Below are positions 25,636-38,897 of a stretch of 64,000 nt of DNA, in pieces. Numbering within the stretch: position 1 is the stretch's first letter; every line of letters begins with the position of its first letter. The notes under the pieces were generated by a model. It was not told the DNA's origin. It saw only the letters and a list, made by a program, of their open reading frames with translations, and made no database searches. The translations under genes were made by a program, and so were the position numbers. The DNA is from Octopus vulgaris (Eukaryota): NCBI GenBank assembly GCA_951406725.2, contig OX597816.1, positions 57,598,001 through 57,662,000 on the forward strand. Direction: 5' to 3'.

Positions 25636-25724
<89 letters not shown>

Positions 25725-25810
25725 TTTATTTAAAGCAGCAGAAAATTACTCTACCACTGGTATTTGAGTACTCTTTTTTCCACCTTGTCTCACATTTATG
25801 TGTTTACTCC

Positions 25811-25870
<60 letters not shown>

Positions 25871-26046
25871 TATGGCAATCTTTCAACACACACTTTCACT
25901 CATTCTCTCTCACATGCACACGTAAAATAGACGAATGCATATTTATGTATGTATGTATGTATACATAACATGCCTCTTCACTCCCTCTTTCATACACACC
26001 CGTCCATTTCATACACACGTACTTACATCTTTCACTCTAAAACAAA

Positions 26047-26375
26047 AGGAGTGGCTGTGTGGTAAGAAGCTTGCTTCCCAACCACATGGTTCCGGGTTCA
26101 GTCCCACTGCGTGGCACCTTGGGCAAGTGCCTTCTACTATAGCCTCGGGCCGACCAAAGCCTTCTGAGTGGATTGGGTAGTCGGAAACTGAAAGAAGTGT
26201 GTATATGTTTATGTGTCTATGTTTGTCCCCGCCCCCACCACCATCGCTTGACAACCGATGTTGGTGTGTTTACGTCCCCGTAACTTAGCGGTTCGACAAA
26301 AGAAAAGATAGAATAAGTATTAGGTTTACAAAGAATGTCTTGGGGGTCGATTTGTTCGACTAAAGGCGAATAAAA
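26047..26375 (+). mobile_element. CORE-like SINE family B
   Basis: gtggctgtgtggtaag (A box), ggttcagtccc (B box), ccttgggcaagtg CORE-like motif. Confidence 0.85.
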
Positions 26376-26449
26376 GAATAAATAGAAAAGTTTTACGGAA
26401 ATTAACGAACTTCGTTTGAGAGTTCTGGGAGTCAAAGTGAAAGATCACC

Positions 26450-26488
<39 letters not shown>

Positions 26489-26868
26489 CTAGCAGTATCG
26501 CCCGGCGTTGCTCGGGTTTGTAAGGGAAATAACTATAAAGCATTTTTAGATAGTTATAGCCAAAATATAGCAAAAAAATGGGAAAAAAATTATGGTAAAT
26601 TTTTTTGAGAGTTAAAAAGGTGGAGTTGCATCCCCTAGACAGTCTGTGGTTTGTGTTTCTGATTCTCGACCCCCATGTCGAATTTATCGATTTTTTTTTC
26701 AGAACTGGGGGAACTTTTCAAAATTTTCGCTGCGTTAGTTTTGAATTATGACATTGGGCTATGTGTGTGTCAAGTTTCATCAGAATCGGTTGAAAGCCGT
26801 GGTCAGAGTGAGGGTACAACCAAACAGACACACAGAAACACACACAGACAAACTGCCGTTTATATAGA
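26489..26868 (-). mobile_element. Non-autonomous Helitron
   Basis: Minus strand starts TCTATATA and ends with hairpin CCCGAGCAACGCCGGG then CTAG; inserted at A^T. Confidence 0.8.
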
Positions 26869-26885
26869 TATATATATATATATAT

Positions 26886-27051
26886 GGCGATCCTTCGGTA
26901 TAGGGTACCGTAAGTACCGGAAGTGGTTTTGTTTACATTTCTGAAGATAACAGAAGACTTTTTCTCACCCCCCCCCCCCATATGTATATATAAAAGAAAC
27001 ACTTTCTTGAAATGTATCCGATACTTCCGGTACCTATACCGAAGTGACGCC
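26886..27051. mobile_element. MITE with GG-initiated TIRs (Merlin-like)
   Basis: ggcgatccttcggtatagg / cctataccgaagtgacgcc in (AT)n. Confidence 0.65.
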
Positions 27052-27067
27052 ATATATATATATATTA

Positions 27068-27487
27068 GGCGATCTTTCGTCTCTAGTAGACCTTTCCGTC
27101 GATTTCCGTAAAAAATTTTTTTTTTTTTTACATATGGGCTTGCGGGAACTTTTGAAGTAATATACATACATATACACATACACCGAGTAAAAAATTTCAG
27201 TTATCTCTTTCTTTCACACATTACTCTGTCTCTTCACACACACTAACAGAAGCACTTCACTTACACAACATACTGTCTGTCTCCCACACCCCATCAAACA
27301 CACACACATGTACATCAATGCTTCCCATGCACGGTAACTTCAAAAGAACTTCCCTCGTCATACAATCGCTTTCTCTTAGTCTCTTTCGCTCTCATTACTT
27401 CAAAAGTTCCCGCAAGCCCATATGTAAAAAAAAAAAAAGAAATTTACGGAAATCGACGGAAAGGTCTACTAGAGACGAAAGATTGCC
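27068..27487. mobile_element. MITE with ~95-bp TIRs and 8-bp TSD (Merlin-like)
   Basis: TIR ggcgatctttcgtctctagtagacctttccgtcg..; TSD ATATATTA at 27060-27067 and 27488-27495. Confidence 0.8.
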
Positions 27488-27924
27488 ATATATTATTATA
27501 TACATATATCTATGTCCAACCCATGCTAGCATGGAAAGCGGACGTTAAACGATGATGATGATCTATAATACCGACAACCCCATAAGGAAGTGCCGATCTC
27601 ACAGAAGATGGAACTGATGGAAGAGGGAGACCCAGAAAGACAAAGAAGGGTGACCTCAGGATGCTGAATCTTTCAGACAAGATGACAAAGGACTGAGATG
27701 CCTGATGCCTTGCTCTGCTCAAGAATACTCATCCTCCACAGCAGAAGTGTTAAGTCCATCTCCCCTGTTGAAAAGGGATGCAACCTGCAAGAGTGCTGTG
27801 CTGGTGCCACGTAAAGTGCTGTGCTGGTGTACTGTAAAGTGGTTGGTGTTAGGAAGGGCATTCTGCCGTAGAAACCATGCAAAAGTAGGCTGGAACGAGA
27901 TGCAGCTCTCCAGCTTGCAGTATG

Positions 27925-28270
27925 GACATTGGACGTTGGGCCCCGTGCTATCCGCCCAATACGAAAATCGAACTTAGGCCACAAAGCAACATTACGTCAC
28001 AACTACTTTACCTCAACCGGTCCAGCTCTCTTTAATACCATACCAAAATTCGTTAAAACGGAAACGGATCCCATAAAATTCAAAAGTTCTCTGGACAAAT
28101 TTCTTCAAAAAACCCCGGACCAACCTCCTACACCCGGATATGTCTCCAGCAATAACAACTCTTTGCTAGAGTAGGCCATGGTGCCCCATATATGACTAAA
28201 AGACTTTACCAGGTGGTGCTATTAAGTTAGACATGGCCTGGGCTTATACTAGCCGAAACCCATCAAAGTT
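27925..28270 (+). mobile_element. CR1/L2-group LINE 3' end
   Basis: FTSTGPALFNTIP..FKSSLDKFLQKTPDQP..GY..NNSL C-terminal motif. Confidence 0.7.
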
Positions 28271-28367
28271 ATGGTTCCCGTTTCGTCAAAAATGCCGACA
28301 GTTTTATTAATGATAGAAAATGGCATTATCATAACAATGAGAGAATCCATTGATAAATGTCAGCAAT

Positions 28368-28531
28368 AGGCGCAGGAGTGGTTGTGTGGTAAGTAGCTTG
28401 CTTACCAACCACATGGTTCCGGGTTCAGTCCCACTGCGTGGCATCCTGGGCAAGTGTCTTCTACTATAGCCTCGGGTCAACCAATGCCTTGTGGGTGGAT
28501 TTGGTAGACGGAAACTGAAAGAAGCCTGTTG

Positions 28532-28562
<31 letters not shown>

Positions 28563-28775
28563 GCGTGTGTGTGTATGTTTGTGTGTCTGTGTTTGTCCCC
28601 CTAGCATTGCCTGATAACCGATGCTGGTGTGTTTACGTCCCCGTCACTTAGCGGTTCGGCAAAGTACTGGGCTTACAAAGAATAAGTCCCGGGGTCGATT
28701 TGCTCGACTAAAAAGGTGGTGCTCCAGCATGGCCGCAGTCAAATGAATGAAACAAGTAAAAGAGTAAAAAGAGAG
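28368..28775 (+). mobile_element. CORE-like SINE family B, full length
   Basis: aggcgcaggagtgg head to gaaacaagtaaaagag tail. Confidence 0.88.
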
Positions 28776-28994
28776 TAATCAAGCAAATATCTGTAAATAC
28801 ACAGAATGGAAGCACGTGAAAATATCGGCCACATGATGTAACATCATCCTCGTTTAACGAACGTCCTTAAGCTTCCGAACAGGTTTGCTACTATAAAATT
28901 CTTCTAGCTTGGTGTCTACGTACATACATTCCCGTTTCTGGCTACTCACAAGATTTTGGTCGGCGCTCCGATATATATAGCAAAGGATAAAGAA

Positions 28995-29286
28995 AGACTC
29001 GCTTCAGTCACGAATGACCATTGGATTGCACCTAGAAAGTTACCCTCCGAGGCACAAGTCCGGACAAGGTTGTCTATAGAAGACTAACAGTCACCCATGC
29101 ATACCAGCCTCCCTCTCTCCACGCCACTGATGATTCAGTGTTGATACAGCTTGGCACCAGTGACGTCACAACTCATTGGAGCAACGTGAAATAGTGTTTT
29201 GCTCAATAGCACAACACACAGCCTGGCCTAGGAATCGAACTCACTACCTCATGATTGCGAGCCTAACGCTCTAACCACTGATCCAT
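28995..29286 (-). mobile_element. tRNA-derived SINE, family C
   Basis: Reverse tRNA-like head (ggaatcgaactc..ctctaaccactga) and CORE-like agtgttttgctcaa. Confidence 0.65.
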
Positions 29287-29405
29287 ATATATATTGGTAG
29301 ATGGAAACTGAAAGAAGCCCGTCGTGTATATGTGTGATGTTTGTATCTGTTTGTTTGTCGCCTCTCCCACACACATATATATATACATATATAGTCAATA
29401 ATTGT

Positions 29406-29784
29406 GGAGGCACAATGGCCCAGTGGTTAGGGCAGCGGACTCGCGGTCATAGGATCGCGGTTTCGATTCCCAGACCGGGCGTTGTGAGTGTTTATTGAGC
29501 GAAAACACCTAAAAGCTCCACGAGGCTCTGGCAGGGGATGGTGGTGATCCCTGCTGTACTCTTTCTGTACTCTTACTTCCTGCTTCTGTTGTACCTGTAT
29601 TTCAAGGGGCTGGCCTTGTCACTCTCTGTGTCACGCTGAATATCCCCGAGAACTACGTTAAGGGTGCATGTGTCTGTGGAGTGCTCAGCCACTTACACGT
29701 TAATTTCACGAGCAGGCTGTTCCGTTGATTCGGATCAACCGGAACCCTCATCGTCGTAACCGACGGAGTGCTTCCAAAAAAAAA
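29406..29784 (+). mobile_element. tRNA-derived SINE, family D, with poly-A tail and TSD
   Basis: tggcccagtggttagg (A box), ggtttcgattccc (B box), A-tail, flanking direct repeat agtcaataat. Confidence 0.8.
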
Positions 29785-30694
29785 GTCAATAATAATAAGG
29801 GTAAAATTAATTAATTAGTAATTAATAATTTTACCAAGCAGTGTTATATATATACAACGCGCCAGCATGCCACACTTTTGTTCCTGCACGACCGAGGCAT
29901 ATAATAGCTCAAGCACTGGCTGGCAGCCTCAGCCTTACTGCATTAATCACTGGCATATTCAATACTGTACACTGTATTTCAGCCTAGCAAGCCCTATTGC
30001 ACTCATGCACCTCTGTTCTGCACGTGTACTCCCTTTGTTTTGCAACACGTCTGCGTCAGCTCAATTCTTCTCCCGACTCAAAGCACGTCGGATGTTCACA
30101 TGCGCTGTGCTCATGTTTAGGCATAATTTCCCCCTGTTAGACCCCTGTTGGTCACGTAATCAACAGAGAAAATTCTGTCTCGCACCCAAGTTGCACCCAA
30201 AAAGTGTAAAGAAGCAACCAGTTCCCTTTACGTAACTATCAAAAAGTATTAAAAAGTTTAATATACATAAATACAGATATATACACTTTGTATATATACA
30301 TATTTATAAATAGAACACACATACACACACATATATAAATGAGCGCAAGAAATATCTGATTCATAATATTTGTTCTCATGATTGTGTGTTGTTGGTGGCG
30401 ATGATAATTCTCTCTATGAATGCAGACAGATATATAAAAGAACGCCGTCTGACGAACTTATAAAGGGAAAGTGAAAGGGAGTTATAGGGGAATGGAGGAA
30501 ATAGTGTGAGTGAGTGAGGAAGACATATACGTAAAAGAATGGAAGTGGACTTGTCAAAGTGGGTTTTTGGCCCCTAGCAACGACACCTTTTAAGATAGGG
30601 ATTTCTAAGGTAGCCCACGGGCATCGTCACCTCATTTTACATGTCCCTGTTAATTTTGGAGTGAATAAACGCATTTCAGTTTTATATATAGAGA

Positions 30695-30733
<39 letters not shown>

Positions 30734-31396
30734 CACGTGTGCGCACGTGCATAGATGCTTTGTATTGCCTTCCTGTGAGGAGTTTGAATTTTTTTTTTTT
30801 ATTTTGGTATCTGGTGAACGTCTTATTTACTTAAAGATTCTGGGAGGATTGGGTTACTGAAATAATATCCATATCAACGATCTCTACCGTGTATGTATGA
30901 TATTAGAGGGAACCAATGAAATCCTGCGGGTATCTGATAGTTTTTCTTCACCAAATTCTTCTGTTCCAGTTCCGCACCTTACAGACATTTCTCTGCTCAG
31001 TGAAAGTAACGATCAACATAGAATGTTTGATGTTTGTTGTTGTTGTTGTTGTTCTTGTTGTTGTTCTTGTTCTTCTTCTTGGGGAATCACCAGAATTCTA
31101 GTAGAATTCTTCTAGCCAGCCAGGAATCAATACCAATCTTGTTTTTGGTTATGTTGTTTTTCTACCTTACGCTCAGAACAGATCTGTGATCGAAGGCTTT
31201 CCAGTTACGACCTTCCCATATTTCTTCAGACACTGTAGCTAGAATTATATAAACCAATATTTCTAATTTTTTTTTTTCCTTTCTTTCACCCCCCCCCCCA
31301 CTTTCTAAAAATTACAGGGCTGCTATTTCTACCATGTCTAGCTTACCATGTAGTGGTATTCCTCGTTGGTTTAAGGGGAGATTCGGTAGCTGTTTC

Positions 31397-32082
31397 GGTC
31401 AATATAAAGATCCTCACCAGTCATAAATTCGGGTAAAATGGATATATATTGATTTTTTTTTTAGGGAATCTCACGTTTTTGGTTATTGAAGACCCGATTC
31501 TGAAAAAAGAAAAATTTTTTTTTTTCAAAAATTGCATTTTCGAAATTTCATTGTTATCGCAGTTTTGTGAGATTTGGCTGTTATTTCTAGCATGTGGATA
31601 GCCTGTTTGAAGGCCTGAGGGCATGTATTCTTTTTTTTTTTTTCTTGTTGAAAAATTAAAATTTTACAAACAAATTTTTTTCAGAATCGTAATCTTCGTA
31701 TTTTTCTACGAATTTCATCCACCATCCGCCCGCCCCCCAAACTTCCGGAAGTGGTGGTGGTGGTGGTGGTGGGGGGTTTAAAATTTTGAAAATGCGATTC
31801 TTGAAAATTGTTTTTTTTTCAGAATCGGATCCTCCATAACCAAAAACGTGGTATTCCGTTAAAAAAAAAATCAATATATATCCATTTTACACGAAGTTAT
31901 GACGGAAAAACTGGATCTTGTGAATTTTCCGAAAGTCCCCTCCCCACCCCTGGATCGTCAGCGCGCGTTTTTTTTTATATTCGTTTTCCACACACACTTG
32001 TTACCCCCCACCCCACCCCCGCAGGTTGGTTTATTTTCTTCTTTTTTTTTTTTGTTTCTGGATGAAGGTCTTTATATTGACC
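31397..32082. mobile_element. MITE with GG-initiated TIRs and 8-bp TSD (Merlin-like), with inner ~95-bp inverted repeat
   Basis: ggtcaatataaaga / tctttatattgacc; TSD gctgtttc / gctatttc; ~31419-31515 inverts to ~31808-31903. Confidence 0.75.
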
Positions 32083-32547
32083 GCTATTTCTAGCAGGTCT
32101 AGCTCCTCCCTTTGTTGGCACAATCACGGACAGAAGGTCACATCAAACAAAACACACTCGTCCTTGCTCAGAGAAAGAATTTATTCTCAATCCTGTTCTT
32201 GCAATATCAGTAAATGGAATGACTCACAAGTGTCGGATGGAAATCGTGTTTGTTTTTGGTGTTTTTAGTTGGATTATCGGAGCAATTTAAAGGGCGGGGG
32301 AGAGAAATCCCGTTTCTTTACTGTGATGCTGATGTTGTCTTTGATCTCTGTCCAACAGAACTGCACAAATACACACACACACCATCGTATACATATACAA
32401 GTTGTATATATATCATCATCAACATTTAACGTCTGTTGTCCATGCTGGCATGAGATTTTCCCTTTCATTCGCTCTAATTTAGAAACATACTCCGCTTTGC
32501 ATCTGTTCACCAAGATAGCAAGTGCTTGCTTTTCTTCTATAGAATAA

Positions 32548-32949
32548 CTAGCAGTATCGCCCGGCGTTGCTCGGGTTTGTAAGGGAAATAACTATATAAG
32601 CATTTTTAGAGAGTTATAGCCAAAAAAGTAGCAAAAAAATGCATTAAAAATGGGGAAAAAAATGATGGTAAATTTTTTTGAATCATTTACTCATCGTAGA
32701 CATTTTTAGAGAGTTACTTCCCTTATATAATAGCGAAAATATGCATTAAAATGGAAAAAAATGATGGTAATTTTTTTTTTAAATCGTAGACTCATCGTAG
32801 ACGCGCGCTAATACCCAGAAGGGCTCGATATGAATCACGACTATAAGATACCCGGTTTTGGTTAAACTGCACCGCAAAATGTGGGAGTAGTTAGGAATCT
32901 AAATCGTAGGAGACAGACACTCACACAACTTCACTTTTATATATAAAGA
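32548..32949 (-). mobile_element. Non-autonomous Helitron (same 3' end as 26489-26868)
   Basis: Identical ctagcagtatcgcccggcgttgctcggg terminus; TC start. Confidence 0.8.
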
Positions 32950-33276
32950 TTTCCATACGTCACAGCATTAAAAATAAATCCCATAATTACTGGGCGCCTA
33001 CAGCCAATTACCGTGATTAACAAATATCTTATTTTTATTCGCCAAACGTATATCTTAACGAAAGTGAACGTTTGAAGCACGCGTTTGTGCTTATTAATTC
33101 TGGTTAATTTCTTTTGTCTCGTATGTCGCTATATGTGCTTTAAGATGCTCCCCCCCCCAATTTTCGTCCATACACTATACAGTTACTGATTCCCATCCAC
33201 GCCTGTTTATTCCAACCCACCCGTTTATTCTAACCCCCACCCCATTATTTGCAACCCGGGAGTAAATAACTGGTTT

Positions 33277-33920
33277 GGATCTTTTCCTTTTGAACGGCAC
33301 ATGTCAACACAATTTCTAGTTAACTAAACTCTTTTTAAACTTCGTATACTGGTAGAATGTGTTTATAAAACATCATTTTTCTTGGCTTTATTGAGAAAAT
33401 TCTATAGTTTGTTAGATATTTCGTCTGAAATTTCGAGCATTTCGGCAATTTTAACCAATCGCTCACCTCCATTTGGGGTGAAAACATTCCGTGCTGTATG
33501 AATATGTCCCTCGTTTATTTACATTTGCGAAGAAAAAAAGATACCCTTCCCCCACCCCTAACCCTAACTCTAACCCTAAATCTAAAATAGATTGAAATGC
33601 AATAGATCGATACTAGGGTTATAATTATGGGTGACATTTTCATTTGACACCGCTAGAAAAAAATCCCATTTTCCGTAGCGGTGTCGTATGAAATTGTCAC
33701 CCATAATTATAACCCTAGTATCGATCTATTGCATTTCAATCTATTTTAGATTTAGGGTTAGGGGTGGGGAAGGGTATCTTTTTTTCTTCGCAAATGTAAA
33801 TAAACCCAATCTGTTTCTTAAATGAGGGACATATTCATACAGCACGGAATGTTTTCACCCCAAATGGAGGTCAGCAACTAGAAATTGTGTTGACATGTGC
33901 CGTTCAAAAGGAAAAGATCC
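33277..33920. mobile_element. Foldback element with TAACCC motifs, flanked by a 41-bp direct repeat
   Basis: ggatcttttccttttgaacggcacatgtc / gacatgtgccgttcaaaaggaaaagatcc; inner arms centred at ~33665. Confidence 0.85.
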
Positions 33921-36249
33921 CCCACCCCATTATTTGCAACCCGGGAGTAAATAACTGGTTTTAAAAGAAATCAAGGGAGACTACCTAGAAGATTTTAAAA
34001 TTTTATGCAGTTACCCTTATACAATTAGCGATTTTCCAGTCCCACCGTTTATTTTAACCCACCGCCTATATGAATTTAAGCAAATGTCCAACCCACCCTC
34101 GCTATTATTTGGGACCCGAGAGTAGGTATACAAGGTCTTCAGGCAAGTGCAGTTTCACCTGTGCACCCACGGGTGAAACCAGACTTCACCCAAAATATAG
34201 GTACTGAATAATCTTTTTCTTGACAGTCAATATTAAACGTGTGTGTGTGTGTGCCTGGTGTATTAGCAAAACTGTCCAAAGTTTAGATTCAGCTTCGAAC
34301 TTTTGTATCTCAGGAACGCTTAAAAATAACTTAGTGGAATACTCAGAGGTATTTCCTACACTACTGGACTCCACGTTGAGCAAGAAAAATTTATCGTTGT
34401 CCAAGCTGACCAGAAGAAACATGATGAAGTTGATCATTGACGAAAATGACATTTGCATAAATAACTAGCTTGACCCATGGAAACTTCACAGAAAACATAA
34501 AAAAATGTAAGTATTTGTAAATTGTGTGCTGGTGCCATGAGAAATGTTTCTATATTGCGGCAGTTCCAGAATATAGAAGTGTAAAGCTGATAATTACATA
34601 ATCCAACCAAAATATCTCAGTTACACAAATGTAAACAGAATTACTATTTAACCGTAAAATACGTCTCACATATTCAAAGAACCTTCTTGGTTTAGTGCTA
34701 CGGAATGTTCTTCGGGCATTCTTTTATTCTTTTACTTGTTTCAGCCATTTGACTGTGGCCATGCTGGACAACCGCCCTTTAATCGAAGAAATTGCCCCCT
34801 GGACTAATTCCCTGTAAGCCTGGTGCTTATTGTATCAGTCGCTTCTGCCGAACCGCTAAGTTACGGGTACACCAACATCGTTTGTCAAGCGATGGTGGTG
34901 GGAGGACAAACACACACACACACATGTAATGGTAGAGATTAGTTGAAGTCAAGGGTCACCAACTGTAACGAATGAAATTTGTTGTTTGATGAAGGTTGAG
35001 ATTTATTGCAACGGTATGTTGTAAGAAAACAGAATTAGAGCTAGTGAAAGTTTTAGGGTCTCATAGTTGCTGACAGTAAATTTCATTTCTCTGTCTAACT
35101 ATTGTCTTGCTTGTGATCATGATTCTAGCAGTCCGTTCCCTGACTGAGTTGTCATGGGCTGACTCACTCAGTTGTCCCCAAATGATTACTGGTTTTTGTT
35201 TGGGGTTCTTGCTTTTATAACTATCCAGAAGGATAGACATATCGTTGAGAACAATAAGCTTCATTGGTGGTACTGTGATATCTCTATTCTAGTTTTTGGT
35301 GAAGTAGAAGAGTTTATAAGGGTCAAGTGGTGAAGACATTATTTTAGCCTAGCTAAGGGCAATCTGGCAAATGTAAAACTGCTGTCAGAGAAAAACCATT
35401 GTTCCACCATGAGAAAAGTTCTGTTGAAGTGTTAATTTAAATTTGGCTATGGTGGATCGAATCCACTTCATGCTTGCAAGATTCACTACATATGTATGTA
35501 TGTATATTAAAAGTTATTGAATGAAGTTCAGCAAATTCAATCATATTTTTTGTAAATGGAGATTAGATGTTAATATGGAATAAAATATTTTTTACTCATT
35601 TTGCTGTATGATCGTTTCATACAGAAAAACAATAAATTCATTTTAAGAATCTGAGTTGTCAAAGATTACTCATAAGTAGCACTAAGAAAAAAATATTTGA
35701 AATAAAATAAAGAAAAAAGGGGTACTTTAGAATTACATGGGTATGGTCTTACTAATTTTTGTAATGTGTAATTGTTCTTGCAGTCATGTCTATGTAAAAC
35801 ACATATTCTGTCATATTGTGGGTGATGCTGAATCTCCCTGAGAACTACATTAATGGTATGCATGTCTGTGGAGTACTCAGCCTCTTGCGAGTTGATTTTA
35901 TCCTTGTGTGGTAATGAACAGTAAAAGTAGCATCCAATATTTGCTGTAGTTATTTGTACTTAATTTAACAATGTGTCTATGTATCAACTTTTCTTTTGAT
36001 CTATGTATCTACTTTTCTTTCGATGTATACATCAGTCTACTCTGAAAATACTGATAAACATTTAAAAACAAACAAAACAAAAAAGGAATGCCACCTTCCT
36101 TTCAGTCACCACTCACTGTCTCTCTCACTTCCTCTCTGTCCTCCTCTCCCATTTTGCCACTCCAACTATGCCTCCTCTGCTTAACTTCTTTTATTTCTCT
36201 TTTTCTTTGTACCTCTCCCTTCAATCTTTTTACTTCTTCCTTTGCAGTA

Positions 36250-37920
36250 AGTGTAACACACATACAAAAACAAAAAAGTTAGCGTATTAATATTATTGAT
36301 GATTAACCATAGCTCAGGAATGAAAGCTCATAAAGTATTGGAATAAAGTTCGAATGGATGTTTAAAGTTATATTTGAAAGTGCCAGAGACAATTCTGGCC
36401 AAAATTTTACCTGTTAGGCATCAAGAGTTACTCTTCTTTTGGCAATGAATTCCTCATCAGTATTCTCCTCCCATGTCCTATGGATGGAGGTTTTGAGGGC
36501 TTGCAGGTTACTGTGGGGCTTCTCACAAGCTTTTCTGACCAGTTCATTCCAGAAGCTGAAGTCTAAAGGGTTCAAATCAGGTGATGAAGGAGGCCAAATG
36601 TCCTTATCCCTAAACTTGTTCCCAAACTCATCCCTGAAAAATTTTTGATCCACTGCACGTGTGTAACAAGGAGTCCCATCTTGCTGGAATGTAAACTTAG
36701 CGATCTTGTTGGGGTTTCTCTCATCTCCTGCCTCAGGATATTCAGAACATAACAAATTCCTGTCAGTCTCTCAGCCTTCCCAAAGATGATCAGTGGCATC
36801 TTCTTGTCCTCATAACCCACACAGGTGAAAAACAATGCCTTGGTAGGGTTTTTGCACCTGAAAATGACAGTTTTGGCTCTCGCAAGAGGAGGTGAATCCA
36901 GAACATGGCTGTTGCATCTGTCTGCTTGTGTCTCTTCAGTGAAATTCTTCTCATCTGTGTAAAGGATCACTCCAGGATTATGTTTCACTTTGTTTCAGAT
37001 GATCTTCACCCTTTCCAACCTTCTAACTTTTTGTCCTGGAGTAACAAGGTACCTCACAGGTCTCGGTACAATTTCATTCTCAAGTCTTCTGTCACCGTTC
37101 TTGGAACTTTCATAGCCGAAACTCCTCTCTTACATGCCAAACATCTTGGGAATTGAGTTGGATCTCTTCTAATTGATTTCTTCAGCCCCTAATTTACTTT
37201 TTTATTGCCCACAAGGGGCTAAACATAGAGGGGACAAACAAGGACAGACAAGGGGATTAAGTCGATTACATCCACCCCAGTGATTAACTGGTGCTTATTT
37301 AATTGACCCTGAAAGGATTAAAGGCAAAGTCAACCTCGGCAGAATTTGAACTCAGAACGCAATGGCAGACGAAATACCTATTTCTTTACTACCCACAAGG
37401 GGCTAAACACAGAGAAGATAAACAAGGACAGACAAACGGATTAAGTCGATTATATCGACTCCAGTGCGTAACTGGTACTTATTTAATCGACCCCGAAAGG
37501 ATGAAAGGCAAAGTCGACCTTGGCGGAATTTGAACTCAGAACGTAACAGCAGACGAAATACCACTAAGCATTTCGCCCGGCATGCTAACGTTTCTGCCAG
37601 CTTGCCGCCTTAAAAAGGAGTATGGCAGATGAAATACCATTAGGCATTTTGCTTGGCATGCTAACGTTTCTTTAGCTCCTAATTGACATGATGATCTCTC
37701 TTGTAGTTATGACTTCCCAATCCGGGTTTTCCTTTTCAAACTTATTCACAATTCTCTTGATGGTCCGTAAATGAACTTTGAAGATGGAAGCCAGAGAATG
37801 AATGGTGATACCATTACCGAAGGCTTAGGTGATCTTAACCCTCTCAACATTGCACATTTGGGAAGACATGGTGAGGCGGGCACAAAACCATTTCAGCCCC
37901 TTCTCTTTCTAACTAAATAT
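36250..37920 (-). mobile_element. Tc1/mariner-superfamily maT-like transposon, decayed and split by a SINE
   Basis: ILYTDEKNFT, FQQDGTPCYT, WPPSSPDLNPLDFSFW; N-terminal part resumes at ~37685. Confidence 0.8.
37194..37666 (-). mobile_element. SINE family A (dimeric) inserted in the maT-like element
   Basis: Family A body; flanked by imperfect duplication tttcttcagcccctaatt / tttctttagctcctaatt. Confidence 0.8.
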
Positions 37921-37972
37921 CTTAAGGATTATTTCACTGGTGTTTTTTTCTTTTTTTCTTAACTGAATTGAC

Positions 37973-38372
37973 AAGGAGTGGCTGTGTGGTAAGTAGCTTG
38001 CTAAACAACCACATGGTTCCGGGTTCAGTCCCACTGCGTGGCATCTTGGGCAACTGTCTTCTGCTATAGCCCCAGGCCGACCAATGCCTTGTGAGTGGAT
38101 TTGGTAGACAGAAACTGATAGAAGCCTGTCATATATATGTATATATATATATATATATATGTATGTTTGTGTGTCTGTGTTTGTCCCCCTAGCATTGCTT
38201 GACAACCGTTGCTGGTGTGTTTACGTCCCCGTTACTTAACGGTTCAGTAAAAGAGACTGATAGAATAAGTACTGGGCTTACAAAGAATAAGTCCCGGGCT
38301 CGATTTGCTCGACTAAAGGCGGTGCTCCAGCATGGCCGCAGTCAAATGACTGAAACAAGTAAAAGAGTAAAG
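37973..38372 (+). mobile_element. CORE-like SINE family B
   Basis: Matches 28368-28775. Confidence 0.88.
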
Positions 38373-38678
38373 AGTATATCAGCAACATTGTGTCACCACC
38401 ACCACCACTACCACTTTCACTGCCACTGCCAGCTTAGGTCTCACTTTCACCAGGCTTTAGTCTTCCTGACAGCCATTCATTTATAAAATAACATGGAAGT
38501 GTCACAAGGCCACTCCCCAACTGGGTGGCATTGGGCTTATTGCATTAACATGTCCAACAGGATGTCAGATAGCAACATTGACACTATTAAAACTCTTGCA
38601 AGTGAGGATGGTGGACTGGATCATCAGCATGCTAGAAATAGCAACAACATTCCATCACATTATATTCTACCACCTTAA

Positions 38679-38897
38679 CCCTTTAGTATTTAAACCGGCC
38701 ATATCCGGCCAAAATAGCTAATCTGTTTTATGTTCAAACTGACCAGATCCAGGCTCTCACACCTACCCTACAATGTTATTCTACATTAAGTAATTACACC
38801 ATCAAGATCTTGAAGATATGAGATAATGCATGATTAATAAAAATCAATGGGAATCAATAGGCATTATGTTTGATAGAATAATCTGAACGCTAAAGGG
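38679..38897. mobile_element. piggyBac-type MITE (opposite orientation to 18767-18987)
   Basis: TTAA flanks; ccctttag / ctaaaggg TIRs. Confidence 0.85.

Larger units (their letters stand above)
25116..25636. repeat. ~520-bp palindrome of a PLE-like terminal repeat (arms ~25116-25351 and ~25422-25636)
   Basis: Near-perfect reverse complements; the ORF track shows the same peptide ending on both strands (25226-25432 -, 25341-25547 +). Confidence 0.92.

Noticed and set aside
29406-29480. tRNA gene
   Set aside because: tRNA-like SINE head continuing into a SINE body and A-tail; no complete cloverleaf
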